A stretch of DNA of 58,226 nt, from IMG/VR virus record IMGVR_UViG_3300021364_002910, positions 1-58,226 of that record; one strand, written 5' to 3'. This document shows positions 1 to 9,819 of the stretch, in pieces. Within the stretch, counting starts at the first letter, position 1. Each line of letters starts with the position of its first letter. The notes beneath the pieces were generated by a model that was not told the origin of the DNA, ran no database searches, and saw nothing but the letters and a program-made list of their open reading frames with translations. This DNA comes from a virus (taxonomy: Duplodnaviria; Caudoviricetes). The position numbers were made by a program, and so were the translations under genes.

Positions 1-14
1 ACACTCCTACAATA

Positions 15-59
15 TATTTACACATGTACCTAAAGTATGCAAACCAAACTGGATAAATA
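15..59. promoter_or_regulatory. Divergent late-promoter-like motifs: GTAAATA on - strand (15-21) and GATAAATA on + strand (52-59)
   Basis: TAAATA core resembles the T4 late promoter TATAAATA. The + motif precedes AAGGAG (65-70) and ATG 77. The - motif precedes AGGAG (4-8) of a gene that would start left of the window. Confidence 0.5.
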
Positions 60-76
60 ATGCAAAGGAGAATACT

Positions 77-706
77 ATGTTTGAAACCATGCACAAAGAA
101 ATTAAAAAGGCTGTGATTAGAAGCCAACACACACAAAGAAATTGGGATTTAAGCAAAGAAATTCCGCAAGATGACTTAGATTTGTTTGTCCATACAGTAA
201 CTAATTGTCCAAGCAAACAAAACTTTGCATTTTATAACGCTCATTTTATCACAGATAGAAAAATTATAGAAAAAATACATGATCTAAGTTTAGGTCTTGG
301 CTATCAAAATGAACAAGGTGAAAGAGTAGAATGTACAAATCCTCAAACATTAGCCAATCTACTTGTTGTGTTTGAAGAAGCAACAATGTCAGAAGAATAT
401 TGGAAAAAATTTGCACTAAGAGACACTTCATCAAAACGAATTCTTGAAAGAGATAGAGATATGGCTATCGGTATAGCGGCAGGATATTTAAATGTTACTG
501 CTGCAATGATGCACTATCAAACTGGATGTTGTGCTTGTTATGATGAACAAGGTGTGAAAGACTTGTTAGATTTAGAAAATAAACCAATACTTATAATGGG
601 GGTTGGTTATAAAGATCCTAACAGACAACGTAGAGAACATCATACTGATGGTGTAAAAATACAACGTAGGATTAAAGAGAAAATTAAGACACAGTTCTAC
701 ATTTAG
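77..706 (+). CDS. Nitroreductase-fold (FMN-binding) protein with CCxC motif
   Basis: RSQHTQRNWD and CPSKQN match the nitroreductase RxSxRxF / APSxxN motifs. Also IGIAAGYL...GCCAC and LIMGVGY. AAGGAG RBS. Confidence 0.75.
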   Translation: MFETMHKEIKKAVIRSQHTQRNWDLSKEIPQDDLDLFVHTVTNCPSKQNFAFYNAHFITDRKIIEKIHDLSLGLGYQNEQGERVECTNPQTLANLLVVFEEATMSEEYWKKFALRDTSSKRILERDRDMAIGIAAGYLNVTAAMMHYQTGCCACYDEQGVKDLLDLENKPILIMGVGYKDPNRQRREHHTDGVKIQRRIKEKIKTQFYI

Positions 707-1796
707 GTATTTTTGAATCTGCGCTTGATACACAACTTTTTGTAATACACTGTTTAGGTGTCTTAAATAGCTTAAAACCTGTTTCGATGTTGCCAAGTGG
801 GGCATCATGACAAGAATAGGAACGTTTTATACTACCATCTGGTTCGCGTATGATAATTCCTTGATACCCTGCATTACAGTACCATCCTTCAAAATTATTA
901 AAGTTAAACGCATTTAATCGTTCAGCTTGATCTATGTACCATTTTTTACCTGTTTTATCTTCAAACTCTACTTGAAAATGTCCTGGCACAGACGAGTCGT
1001 CCTGTACTCCTTGAGGAACTTCAAAGGTTGCTTTGGGTCTTGCTGTCAGCTCACGTTTAGATTCTGTGTAGGCACGCTGTGGCATACCATTGTATAGGGT
1101 ATTTAGTTGGTTCTGGGTGTAACTATCTACAACACGAGAAGCTGTAGGATCAGATTGAGGTTTTAGTGTGACATTAATACCGCGCTCATGGAGGTAAAGA
1201 GCGTTCTCCCAATCTCTGTCAAACCATTCAGGCACCATCACCATATTCACTGTAACTTGTACATCGTAGGACTGGCAAAATTCTAACTTGTCTGCAAAGT
1301 TGCTTAAATCTTTCATAGTAGCAACATGTTCAGTATGTAAACTTGCAGTTATACTTGCTCTATGAAATGGTTTTGCATATTCAACATATTGCTCAAACCA
1401 CTTAATAGGACGAGAGCAATTTGATGTCATGTGTATGCTTGTATAATTAGTATTTTCTACATCATCTGCAAGATGCTTTAGTATGTCCAAGTATCCAGGA
1501 TGGAAAGTAGGCTCTCCCCCAGACAAACTAAAGTGAAAACTATTAAACCCATTATTTCTTGCTTGCCTTTTAATTTCATCAATTGTCATTAAACAAAGTT
1601 TTGTTGGCCGATGATCTTTTGTATTAGATCTAGCGTATGGCCAACAATAACTGCATCTATAATTACAGTATCTACCTAATAACCAACTTACAGTAAAAAT
1701 ATCTCTGTATAATAATGTTCGTTGTCCTACAGAGACTATATCGTCAAAAGGTATTTTTGAAAAGTCATATTGACTCCACTTCAAATCTTCAGTCAT
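684..1796 (-). CDS. Radical SAM enzyme with C-terminal Cys-containing (twitch/SPASM-like) extension
   Basis: CNYRCSYC, SGGEP, TSN, SLH; C-terminal WYCNAG...YSC...CITKSC. Confidence 0.9.
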   Translation of the reverse strand: MTEDLKWSQYDFSKIPFDDIVSVGQRTLLYRDIFTVSWLLGRYCNYRCSYCWPYARSNTKDHRPTKLCLMTIDEIKRQARNNGFNSFHFSLSGGEPTFHPGYLDILKHLADDVENTNYTSIHMTSNCSRPIKWFEQYVEYAKPFHRASITASLHTEHVATMKDLSNFADKLEFCQSYDVQVTVNMVMVPEWFDRDWENALYLHERGINVTLKPQSDPTASRVVDSYTQNQLNTLYNGMPQRAYTESKRELTARPKATFEVPQGVQDDSSVPGHFQVEFEDKTGKKWYIDQAERLNAFNFNNFEGWYCNAGYQGIIIREPDGSIKRSYSCHDAPLGNIETGFKLFKTPKQCITKSCVSSADSKIPKCRTVS

Positions 1797-1808
1797 ATAG
1801 TTTTAAAA

Positions 1809-2471
1809 TTAAGAAATTATTATTCTGCGTTGTGATTCCTTAGGAAAAGAATCTGATTCATTTATTCCGTCAGTATGTAAATTATGCTTTTCAAATTTAG
1901 GATAACCTATACCAAGCATTAGACAAATATCATATTTATCATACCCATTATCTGTGAATATACTGTCAGGTAATTGTGGTTCGTCATAGCATTTACAACA
2001 ACCTGTTTTTAATCCAAAAAGGTGTGCTGAAAGTCCTACTGCACCTGCAGATATTCCTATCTCACATTGTACTAACCTTTTATAAACTTGAAGATCAATT
2101 GCCGGTCCTGGATCTCTGCGTTTTTTAGCCTTTGATCGACGATTATCTTTCATTACATATAAAAACAATAAATTACAATCAACTTGAGGATTTTGCAAGC
2201 GTTTTCCGGATCTAATTTTTGAACCTTCTTTTAAATAATTTGTATGTTCGCTAACAGCAGCTACTGCACATTGTCTTATTATTTGTCTGTTAGTAACTGC
2301 AATTACATCAAAATTAACTAGATTTTGTTTTGTTGGTGTGCTTAAAGCAACATTATATAAACATTCCACAAGTTGTGGTTCTACAGTGCGTTCTAAATCA
2401 AAGTTGCGTTGGCATCTTTGAAATCCGTTTACAGCTTTTAAAATTTGATCTTGATAAAATAATTCTTCCAT
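1809..2471 (-). CDS. Nitroreductase-fold protein with CCxC motif (paralog of 77..706)
   Basis: QRCQRNFD, TPTKQN, QNPQ, IGISAG, TGCCKC, MLGIGY. Start moved to ATG 2471, which follows GGAGA and the upstream stop. Confidence 0.72.
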   Translation of the reverse strand: MEELFYQDQILKAVNGFQRCQRNFDLERTVEPQLVECLYNVALSTPTKQNLVNFDVIAVTNRQIIRQCAVAAVSEHTNYLKEGSKIRSGKRLQNPQVDCNLLFLYVMKDNRRSKAKKRRDPGPAIDLQVYKRLVQCEIGISAGAVGLSAHLFGLKTGCCKCYDEPQLPDSIFTDNGYDKYDICLMLGIGYPKFEKHNLHTDGINESDSFPKESQRRIIIS

Positions 2472-2478
2472 ATAATAT

Positions 2479-3717
2479 TTATCTCCAATACAACTTGAAT
2501 TCTGGATAGACATCAAGTATATTAGTATTATGATGTTTATCTAAAACCATAGTGTAATCTATGAATTTATGCCAGTATTTAAATTCATCTTTACTATTCA
2601 TATATCGAATAACCTGATTACCGTATCGCTTTGCACTTGCTATTTGAACTTCTACATTTATGTTAGGTTGCAAATTTTTTGTAATGTTATTTTCTATGTT
2701 TTCTAACCATTCATTCCATTTAAGTGTTAATTGTTTTTTCATTTCTGGTGGCAAAATTCTAGGATTGAGAGCTTGCGGATATTGAACTAAACTTGTATGT
2801 ATATAGGCGCCGATGCTATTATAATATTCAAATATTTCAGTAAGCCGAGTAATATTTAAGACACTTGTTGTACAGGTAGCACTTAGTTTTACATTCTTAA
2901 GTTCTGAATTTACAGTTCTAATATTTTGTTCTACATCTTCTATTTTTTTGTGGGTACGAACATATTCATATATAGGTGGATAACCATCTAAACTAACACG
3001 CAATAATATTCGTCTGTATTGATTCCATAAATCTATAACACTTTTACCTTTATATGTTAGTGTTGTAAGATTACTATTGTAACTCAACATTATATTCTTA
3101 GCATTGGGTAACATATTTTTTATAAAATCATAATGCTTGTCATGGTATATAGGTTCGCCGCCAGATATTAGCACAGCTTTTAAGCTATTACTAATACGTC
3201 CAATCTCGTCAATGGTTTCTATATTTAGATTTTTTGGTGCATCTAGTTCCCTATAAGTTCCATGTTCTAACATTTTTTCTTTTAGTGCAGGATTATCTCT
3301 CACTGCAGCATCCCATTTACTACTATAATCCGAACTACAATGTCTGCACATTAGATTGCAAATATTATCAAATCTTACTTCTAAAAAAATAAGATTATCT
3401 AAGGGCATATTGTAATCTTCATCAATTACACTTCTTACTTGTTCTTCAGTTATGTATAAATTATCTTCTTCTTGTTGTTGCCTAGTACTCACTACACCAC
3501 TATCTTCCATATCCCAACAACTTCTACATCCGGAATGTCTCTCATCATTAAGTAGAGCACGTCTGACATCCCGTAATTGTTCGCCATTCCAAGTTTTTTC
3601 TAAGGTATCATCCGTGTAATCTCCTATCTTACCTGGAAAACGCCAACAGGCACTTATTTTACCTTTTTGTTTTATATTAAGATGAGTGAAGGGTAAACTG
3701 CAATATGTTTTAGACAT
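2479..3717 (-). CDS. N-terminal twitch-domain radical SAM protein
   Basis: N-terminal CSLPF...ACW...CRSC, then CNLMCRHC and SGGEP. Confidence 0.9.
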   Translation of the reverse strand: MSKTYCSLPFTHLNIKQKGKISACWRFPGKIGDYTDDTLEKTWNGEQLRDVRRALLNDERHSGCRSCWDMEDSGVVSTRQQQEEDNLYITEEQVRSVIDEDYNMPLDNLIFLEVRFDNICNLMCRHCSSDYSSKWDAAVRDNPALKEKMLEHGTYRELDAPKNLNIETIDEIGRISNSLKAVLISGGEPIYHDKHYDFIKNMLPNAKNIMLSYNSNLTTLTYKGKSVIDLWNQYRRILLRVSLDGYPPIYEYVRTHKKIEDVEQNIRTVNSELKNVKLSATCTTSVLNITRLTEIFEYYNSIGAYIHTSLVQYPQALNPRILPPEMKKQLTLKWNEWLENIENNITKNLQPNINVEVQIASAKRYGNQVIRYMNSKDEFKYWHKFIDYTMVLDKHHNTNILDVYPEFKLYWR

Positions 3718-5104
3718 CTTTAAAAATATCTTTCATCTCTGGAAATGTTTCATAAAAATTTGTATTCCTTTGTTTATCGCATAGTTCTAAGTATTCCTGC
3801 AATTCTGGCAATCTTACGGTCCAGTCCTCAGACTCCATAAAAGATAACATTCCTTCTAATCTTTTTAAGCCATAATTTGCTTTCTCCCAATCTTCATATT
3901 TTACTGTATGCCAACTAGGAATTCCCAAATGATAATTATCTTTCCACCAAGGATAAAAGTCTTGGTATTTTTTTCGACATTCTTTTTTAAACCATTTTGG
4001 TAATACTTTTACGTTGATGTGCCCAGGCCAATAAACAAAATGATGATTTATACCACCTGCACCAAAAGGCCACATATTAATCTTTTTAAAATTTTGGGTA
4101 AGTTTCCAACGAATAAAATCTGGTATGTAAAAAATATTTAGTGCATTAACTGCACAAGCAACAGTTACTTCTACGTTATCGGTTGTTTCATTGTCTAAAA
4201 TATGAAATACTTCCTCAGTTCTTTTCCATTTACTAGGGTAACGTATATACTCATTCATTTCAAATAAAGAATCTACAGAATAATGAAATCTAACTTTCTT
4301 AAAATTACTCCATAATTCAAATAAATCTTCTCGCCATTCAACACCGTTTGAATTGTATCGTATTTCTAAATTTTCCGCAAAGCCATTTTTTATTGCGTAT
4401 TCTAATATTTCATAATGTTCGTCAATAATCAGACTTTCTCCTCCTGCAAAATATACTTGACGCATTGTTGGCATTTGCTCATAAAACTGATTCCAAAATA
4501 TTGGATTATCTTTATGCCAATTATACGATGAGTAATTTGTGCTGCCTTTATTATCCCACTGCATTATTTCTTTTAGAGAGTCATTCTGTACTTTTGGATA
4601 TATTGCTCCCCAGTCTTTAATCCATCCCGATGAATCATGTGGAGAACACATAATACAACCTAGCTGACACTTTGTACCAAATCGTAAATCTATGTATGTG
4701 AGATGAGCAGGTGAATATCCATCTTCTTCAGTATTAGCTAAAATCCTATTTACGTCAACCCGTTGTGTCCAATACTCTGTTTCCCATTGGCGTTTGGATC
4801 TATGCCCTGCTGCTTCTTCCTTATAACACTTCGTACAAGAAGGAGGTTGCTCTCCATTTAACATTTGTTTACGAACATTCTTCATGTATTTGGAATTCCA
4901 TGCAGTTTGAAAATCTGTAACATTTAAATTGTTAGGTTTACCGTCGTCTGTCTTTAATATTCCTACTTGGCCGCCATGTTCTTTATCATTTGTAGGTCCT
5001 ACCGAAGATGCGTTTGCTGTGCAACAAACTCGCATAGATCCGTCTGGTCGAGTGCTTAAATGAACCCAAGGCAACAGGCAGAATGTATTAGATATGTTTT
5101 CCAT
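3710..5104 (-). CDS. N-terminal twitch-domain radical SAM protein
   Basis: CLLPW...RVCC...CTKC, then CQLGCIMC and AGGES. Confidence 0.9.
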   Translation of the reverse strand: MENISNTFCLLPWVHLSTRPDGSMRVCCTANASSVGPTNDKEHGGQVGILKTDDGKPNNLNVTDFQTAWNSKYMKNVRKQMLNGEQPPSCTKCYKEEAAGHRSKRQWETEYWTQRVDVNRILANTEEDGYSPAHLTYIDLRFGTKCQLGCIMCSPHDSSGWIKDWGAIYPKVQNDSLKEIMQWDNKGSTNYSSYNWHKDNPIFWNQFYEQMPTMRQVYFAGGESLIIDEHYEILEYAIKNGFAENLEIRYNSNGVEWREDLFELWSNFKKVRFHYSVDSLFEMNEYIRYPSKWKRTEEVFHILDNETTDNVEVTVACAVNALNIFYIPDFIRWKLTQNFKKINMWPFGAGGINHHFVYWPGHINVKVLPKWFKKECRKKYQDFYPWWKDNYHLGIPSWHTVKYEDWEKANYGLKRLEGMLSFMESEDWTVRLPELQEYLELCDKQRNTNFYETFPEMKDIFKDV

Positions 5105-5127
5105 AAAATTCCATATTATTTAAATTC

Positions 5128-6429
5128 TTAATAACCAAATAATTCCTTATATTGCGGTACAATTTTTGTTATATCTTGATTACGCAATTTATCTAAATCT
5201 CTTGTAAAGTGTATGAAGTAACTACGATGTGTATCTTCGTCTTTAGCATTCATGTATTTTGTAACTCCATTTAATATTTTATTAGCTTCTTTTATAACAT
5301 AGTCATCATATTTTTTAAACTCTATTTTTTTCTGTTCATAATGATCTACAACTTGTTTTTTTATTTCACTTGGCAATACTCGTATGCAAGAAGGCCAAGG
5401 ACGATGCGCTACATGATAACTAATAATAGGCTTGACTTTATGAGCATTTATTTTTTTAAATTTTTGTTCTAACTTCCATAACATAAAATCTGGCAGATGA
5501 AAAATGTTTGCTGTCGTAACTGTACAAGCTATCCAAGCCATAACATTATTAGGCAATCTATCTATCTTGTGTAAATTTTCTTCTATAGCCGACCATTTAG
5601 CAGGATACCTTTGATACTCCAAAACTTCTCCATACCCATCAACACTTGCTCCAATTCTAACTTCTTTAAAATGTACCCACATATCCAACACCCGTTGTTG
5701 AACATTTGTAAGATTGGTATTATATTCTAATATAATATTACTTGCTACATTTTCATCTATACATTTTTGCAAAAATTCATAATGACGTTCAATCATTAAT
5801 GGTTCACCACCTGCCATATACACATGTTGAATATTAATTAGATTAGCTTCTAGTTGTTCCCAAAACTTATAACTTTTGTGCCAATTATAATGATCAGTAG
5901 TCCAACGTCCTTTTTCATTTTTTTCTAATTTAACTATTCCATGAGTGTCTATAAATTTAGTGCCTTCTAATGCAACATGATCCTTGTACCAGGTATGACT
6001 ATCTTCGGGACCACACATTCTACAAGCAAGATTACATAAATTACCAAAACGCAAGTCATAATAAACTAACGGAGATTTATTTAAATCTAGTGTGCCGTCC
6101 TTTGTTGTTATGCTTTCTGCCCACTCAATTGTGTGCATGGGCCAATTACGTTGTTCATATTGTCTCCTACTACTAAGGCCACTTTCTTCTTCTGACTGGC
6201 AGCGTTGACAACTTTTGTGCCATTTGCCATTTAGCATAGTCTTTCTTACGTCTTTAATAAATTGGGCGTTTCTTACTTCGTTAAGATTATCTATTCTTGC
6301 ATTGTAAGGTGTTCCATCTTCTTTAAACAATGTACCTCTTTCTGCAGTGCTATTCATTTGACAACATATTCTTATACAACCATTATTTTGAATAGCTTGA
6401 AAATTCCAAGGTAGAGGACAAAAACTCAT
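5128..6429 (-). CDS. N-terminal twitch-domain radical SAM protein
   Basis: CPLPW...RICC...CQRC, then CNLACRMC and AGGEP. Confidence 0.9.
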   Translation of the reverse strand: MSFCPLPWNFQAIQNNGCIRICCQMNSTAERGTLFKEDGTPYNARIDNLNEVRNAQFIKDVRKTMLNGKWHKSCQRCQSEEESGLSSRRQYEQRNWPMHTIEWAESITTKDGTLDLNKSPLVYYDLRFGNLCNLACRMCGPEDSHTWYKDHVALEGTKFIDTHGIVKLEKNEKGRWTTDHYNWHKSYKFWEQLEANLINIQHVYMAGGEPLMIERHYEFLQKCIDENVASNIILEYNTNLTNVQQRVLDMWVHFKEVRIGASVDGYGEVLEYQRYPAKWSAIEENLHKIDRLPNNVMAWIACTVTTANIFHLPDFMLWKLEQKFKKINAHKVKPIISYHVAHRPWPSCIRVLPSEIKKQVVDHYEQKKIEFKKYDDYVIKEANKILNGVTKYMNAKDEDTHRSYFIHFTRDLDKLRNQDITKIVPQYKELFGY

Positions 6430-7724
6430 TAAAGCCTGCCTTTTTCAGTTTCATAAGTTTTATTAATTTTTGCAAGTTCTTTTTGAACTACTTCATAAAC
6501 TTCTGGAAAAATTAAAGCAAAGTTTTGATTTCTTAACATATCTAAATCTTTAGTGTGTTCAATGAAATATTTTAAGTCTACTTCCTCATTCAAATCTTTG
6601 TGTAACATATTAATTACTTTGTTGTATATTCTTTCAATTACATATTGCTCTTTAATTGTATTAGAACCATACTTTTTCATTATTTGTTTATATTTTTTTA
6701 TAAGTTCCTTTTTATTTGGTACATGCCGTAAACTATATGCTTCTGGTTTGTAAACACTACTGAAAACAATATCACCGCCGTTGTATCTATTTTTAGCATC
6801 AGTACGTGCTTGAAAATCTAAACCACGTTTAATCCTGTTATCTATCCACCAATCGACTAGCTTGTCTAAAGTTTGAACATTTAAAAAGTTAAGTGTAGGT
6901 GTAAGCACTATGTTTATTATACCTATTTCTTTTTCTAAGTCTAACCATTTTTCTGCACACGAACTGAGAATTTCCCATTTACTATTGTTACGTATGTAAT
7001 CATTCCTTTCTCCGTATGCATCAATACTCATCCAAATATTCACCTTTGCGAATCGTTTTAACATGTCTATAGTTTTGTCTTTAGGAAACCAACTAGTATT
7101 AGTAAAAATTGTAAGTTTTATCTGATCTTCTCTTCCACCTTCTAATAACGTTTCTATAAATCTATTAAAATTAGGATTTAACATTGGCTCTCCACCTACA
7201 AACTTAATTTCTTCTACATGTTCAAAATCTTCAACGTTCCAATTGAAAGGTATATCAATTATTTTTTCACTAGGTTGTATTTCTTCATATGCATGTTGTA
7301 ATTTTACATCATCGTCATGCCAAGAGCTACTCAGGGTGCTGTTACAAGTTCTACAACTTAGATTACAATAATTACCGATACTTACTTCTATATATTTTAG
7401 TTCGTTTTTAATAGGTTTATAATCTTGGTAGATACTATTGAAAAATGTACGCATACTGTAACCAGCTTCTTTTTCTTCTTTTATACATTTCCAACAACCT
7501 TCTACAATTTCACCATTAAGCATTGCTTTACGTAAAGATTCAAATTGCTCACTTTCAACAACTGCTTTAGTGCCTATCTTGTTATGATCTAATTTCCACC
7601 ATTCTCTAGTTTCTTCGAAACCGCCCCAAGATTGAAATCTACAACATGGTTTTGCCTTACCAGCCGGATTAACTGCAAAATGTATAAACGGTAGAACACA
7701 AAATGACTTATTGTCTTTTGTCAT
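6429..7724 (-). CDS. N-terminal twitch-domain radical SAM protein
   Basis: CVLPF...KPCC...CWKC, then CNLSCRTC and VGGEP. Confidence 0.9.
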   Translation of the reverse strand: MTKDNKSFCVLPFIHFAVNPAGKAKPCCRFQSWGGFEETREWWKLDHNKIGTKAVVESEQFESLRKAMLNGEIVEGCWKCIKEEKEAGYSMRTFFNSIYQDYKPIKNELKYIEVSIGNYCNLSCRTCNSTLSSSWHDDDVKLQHAYEEIQPSEKIIDIPFNWNVEDFEHVEEIKFVGGEPMLNPNFNRFIETLLEGGREDQIKLTIFTNTSWFPKDKTIDMLKRFAKVNIWMSIDAYGERNDYIRNNSKWEILSSCAEKWLDLEKEIGIINIVLTPTLNFLNVQTLDKLVDWWIDNRIKRGLDFQARTDAKNRYNGGDIVFSSVYKPEAYSLRHVPNKKELIKKYKQIMKKYGSNTIKEQYVIERIYNKVINMLHKDLNEEVDLKYFIEHTKDLDMLRNQNFALIFPEVYEVVQKELAKINKTYETEKGRL

Positions 7725-8931
7725 ATTTTTCTAACTCCATTTCAAAGAAATGTTCTCTCCAACTTATTTTCCTAGCAATATCTAAATCATCTAAATAATT
7801 CAGTAAAGTATTTCCGTGTATGTCCCATAAATCTTTATCCATCATATGATTGATATAAAACGGATAATCTGTTAAATCTCTGTCCAAAAATTTATAATTA
7901 TCAACTCTATTTTTTATTTTTTGCTTTATTTCCACAGGTAAATTTTGAGCACTCATGTGTATAGGCCATTCAACATGATTACAAAATAAAAATTTTATAT
8001 TAGGAAAATCATTTCTTATAATTTCATATGTATCAATTAAATAAAACATACTTACATTACTACATGTCCATTGTACACCTACATCAAATATTTCTTCATC
8101 GTCTATATTCATTTGTTTTTTTGCAATATAAGAATCTATTACTTTTAATTGTTTTGTAAATACATCCCATTTGATCGGAAATCTAAAATATTCTCCTGCT
8201 TTTCCTAAAGCATCAATGCTTAGTCTAAGATTAACTCTTTTAAACTTACTAAGCTGATCTAATATAATCTTATTAATTAATGTACCATTACTTGTATAAG
8301 CAAGATTAACCTTAGAAGCATGTTCTGTTTCTGATAAATCTTTTAAAAATTCATTATGTCTTTTATTTGCAAAACTTTCGCCGCCTAAAAAATTATAGCG
8401 TTTTGTTGCATGCCATGTGCTACGTAAATGGTTCCAAAACTTGTAATCTTGTTCTATCCATTTGTTACTAATACTAATATCTTTTGTATTTTCATATTTG
8501 TTTATTAGCAATTCATCTTCTTTCCACTTGCTACTTGCTCCTGTACCGCAATGTATACACTTTAGATTACAAATAGTGCCAGTACGAACATCTATATGCG
8601 GGGGTTCGTACGTAACAGATCCATCTTTGTTAGTTTTATCAAATAAATGTTGATACTTCTTAAGCCAAAATCCGTTTTCGTCTATGCGTTTACTGACACC
8701 ATCTAAACTTTCAACATATTTACAACGCTTGCAATTTTCAGGCCAGTTACCATTAAGAAAGTCTTTACGAATTTCTTTAAAATACTCGTTGTTCCATTCA
8801 GCAAAAACACTGCTTCCGTCGAGTTTCGCTCCAATCCTTTTTACAGTTACATCGTCGCTATAACCACAAACTCTCGGTCTTCCAAAAGTTGTAGTGCTAA
8901 AATTTATCCAGGGAAGAATACACGGTGTCAT
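7708..8931 (-). CDS. N-terminal twitch-domain radical SAM protein
   Basis: CILPW...RVC...CKRC, then CNLKCIHC and LGGES. ATG 8931 preferred over GTG 8946. Confidence 0.88.
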   Translation of the reverse strand: MTPCILPWINFSTTTFGRPRVCGYSDDVTVKRIGAKLDGSSVFAEWNNEYFKEIRKDFLNGNWPENCKRCKYVESLDGVSKRIDENGFWLKKYQHLFDKTNKDGSVTYEPPHIDVRTGTICNLKCIHCGTGASSKWKEDELLINKYENTKDISISNKWIEQDYKFWNHLRSTWHATKRYNFLGGESFANKRHNEFLKDLSETEHASKVNLAYTSNGTLINKIILDQLSKFKRVNLRLSIDALGKAGEYFRFPIKWDVFTKQLKVIDSYIAKKQMNIDDEEIFDVGVQWTCSNVSMFYLIDTYEIIRNDFPNIKFLFCNHVEWPIHMSAQNLPVEIKQKIKNRVDNYKFLDRDLTDYPFYINHMMDKDLWDIHGNTLLNYLDDLDIARKISWREHFFEMELEKYDKRQ

Positions 8932-8970
8932 AAAAATATTTAGCACCCCTATTAGCGCATAAATAGGTTT
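8932..8970. promoter_or_regulatory. Compact bidirectional late-promoter-like region; TAAATA-N5-ATG on both strands
   Basis: - strand TAAATA at 8937-8942 then 5 nt then ATG 8931; + strand TAAATA at 8960-8965 then 5 nt then ATG 8971. Confidence 0.55.
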
Positions 8971-9819
8971 ATGAGAGACAGTATAAATAGAAAATATACA
9001 GAAGACTGGTTACAATATGAACGTCCGCAACCTATGTACGATAATGAAATAAACAAATTCTATGATAGATTCTACAAAGATAATCCTGTACACAACGAAA
9101 ACTTATTTGAAAATTTCAAAGACGAATTTAGCAAATATCTCGACAATCATACTCTTAACAATATTACAGGATACAAAGAATACAAATACAAAGATATATG
9201 TGTAGGTTGCACACAATATATAGACGACCTATATCAAAGATGCGGAATTAATGGCATTCAAATATTAGAAAATGATTACAAGTATCATTGGCGACTTAAT
9301 CCAGATATTGAATATGTAACTGTAGACACTCTTGATCCTAAAAGAGAACTCATAATAGCCATGCCATTTCCTTATGGCGGTGATGTACATCCACAAATGA
9401 AAGAAATCTTAGATACCTGTCACGAAAGAAATATTCCTGTACACATAGACGGTGCTTGGGTGTCGTGTTGTAGAGATATAACTTTTGATTTTTCTCATCC
9501 TGCTGTAACAACTTTTTGCATAAGTTTAAGCAAAGGCGGATTAGGTGGCAATCGTATCGCACTTAGATTTGCACATCAACGCCCAAAAGGTGCAATAACA
9601 ATTATGAACGATTTCAACATGAATTGTCAAAGCCTTGTCAGTATGGGTATCAAGTATATGCAAGACCTAGGACCAGAATATTTTTGGAAAAAATACGAAA
9701 AGGCTTATAAACAAGTTTGTAAGGATTTTAATTTACGACCTACTAAAGCAATACATTTAGCAACTAGAGATGGAAAACCAGTAGGAGTACGTCCGTTACT
9801 TAGAATTCTTCAACCTTAA
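8971..9819 (+). CDS. PLP-dependent enzyme, fold type I (threonine aldolase/aminotransferase-like motifs)
   Basis: PVHIDGAW (PLP-binding Asp) and ISLSKGGLG (Schiff-base Lys) resemble threonine aldolase HLDGAR / LSKGLG. Confidence 0.7.
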   Translation: MRDSINRKYTEDWLQYERPQPMYDNEINKFYDRFYKDNPVHNENLFENFKDEFSKYLDNHTLNNITGYKEYKYKDICVGCTQYIDDLYQRCGINGIQILENDYKYHWRLNPDIEYVTVDTLDPKRELIIAMPFPYGGDVHPQMKEILDTCHERNIPVHIDGAWVSCCRDITFDFSHPAVTTFCISLSKGGLGGNRIALRFAHQRPKGAITIMNDFNMNCQSLVSMGIKYMQDLGPEYFWKKYEKAYKQVCKDFNLRPTKAIHLATRDGKPVGVRPLLRILQP

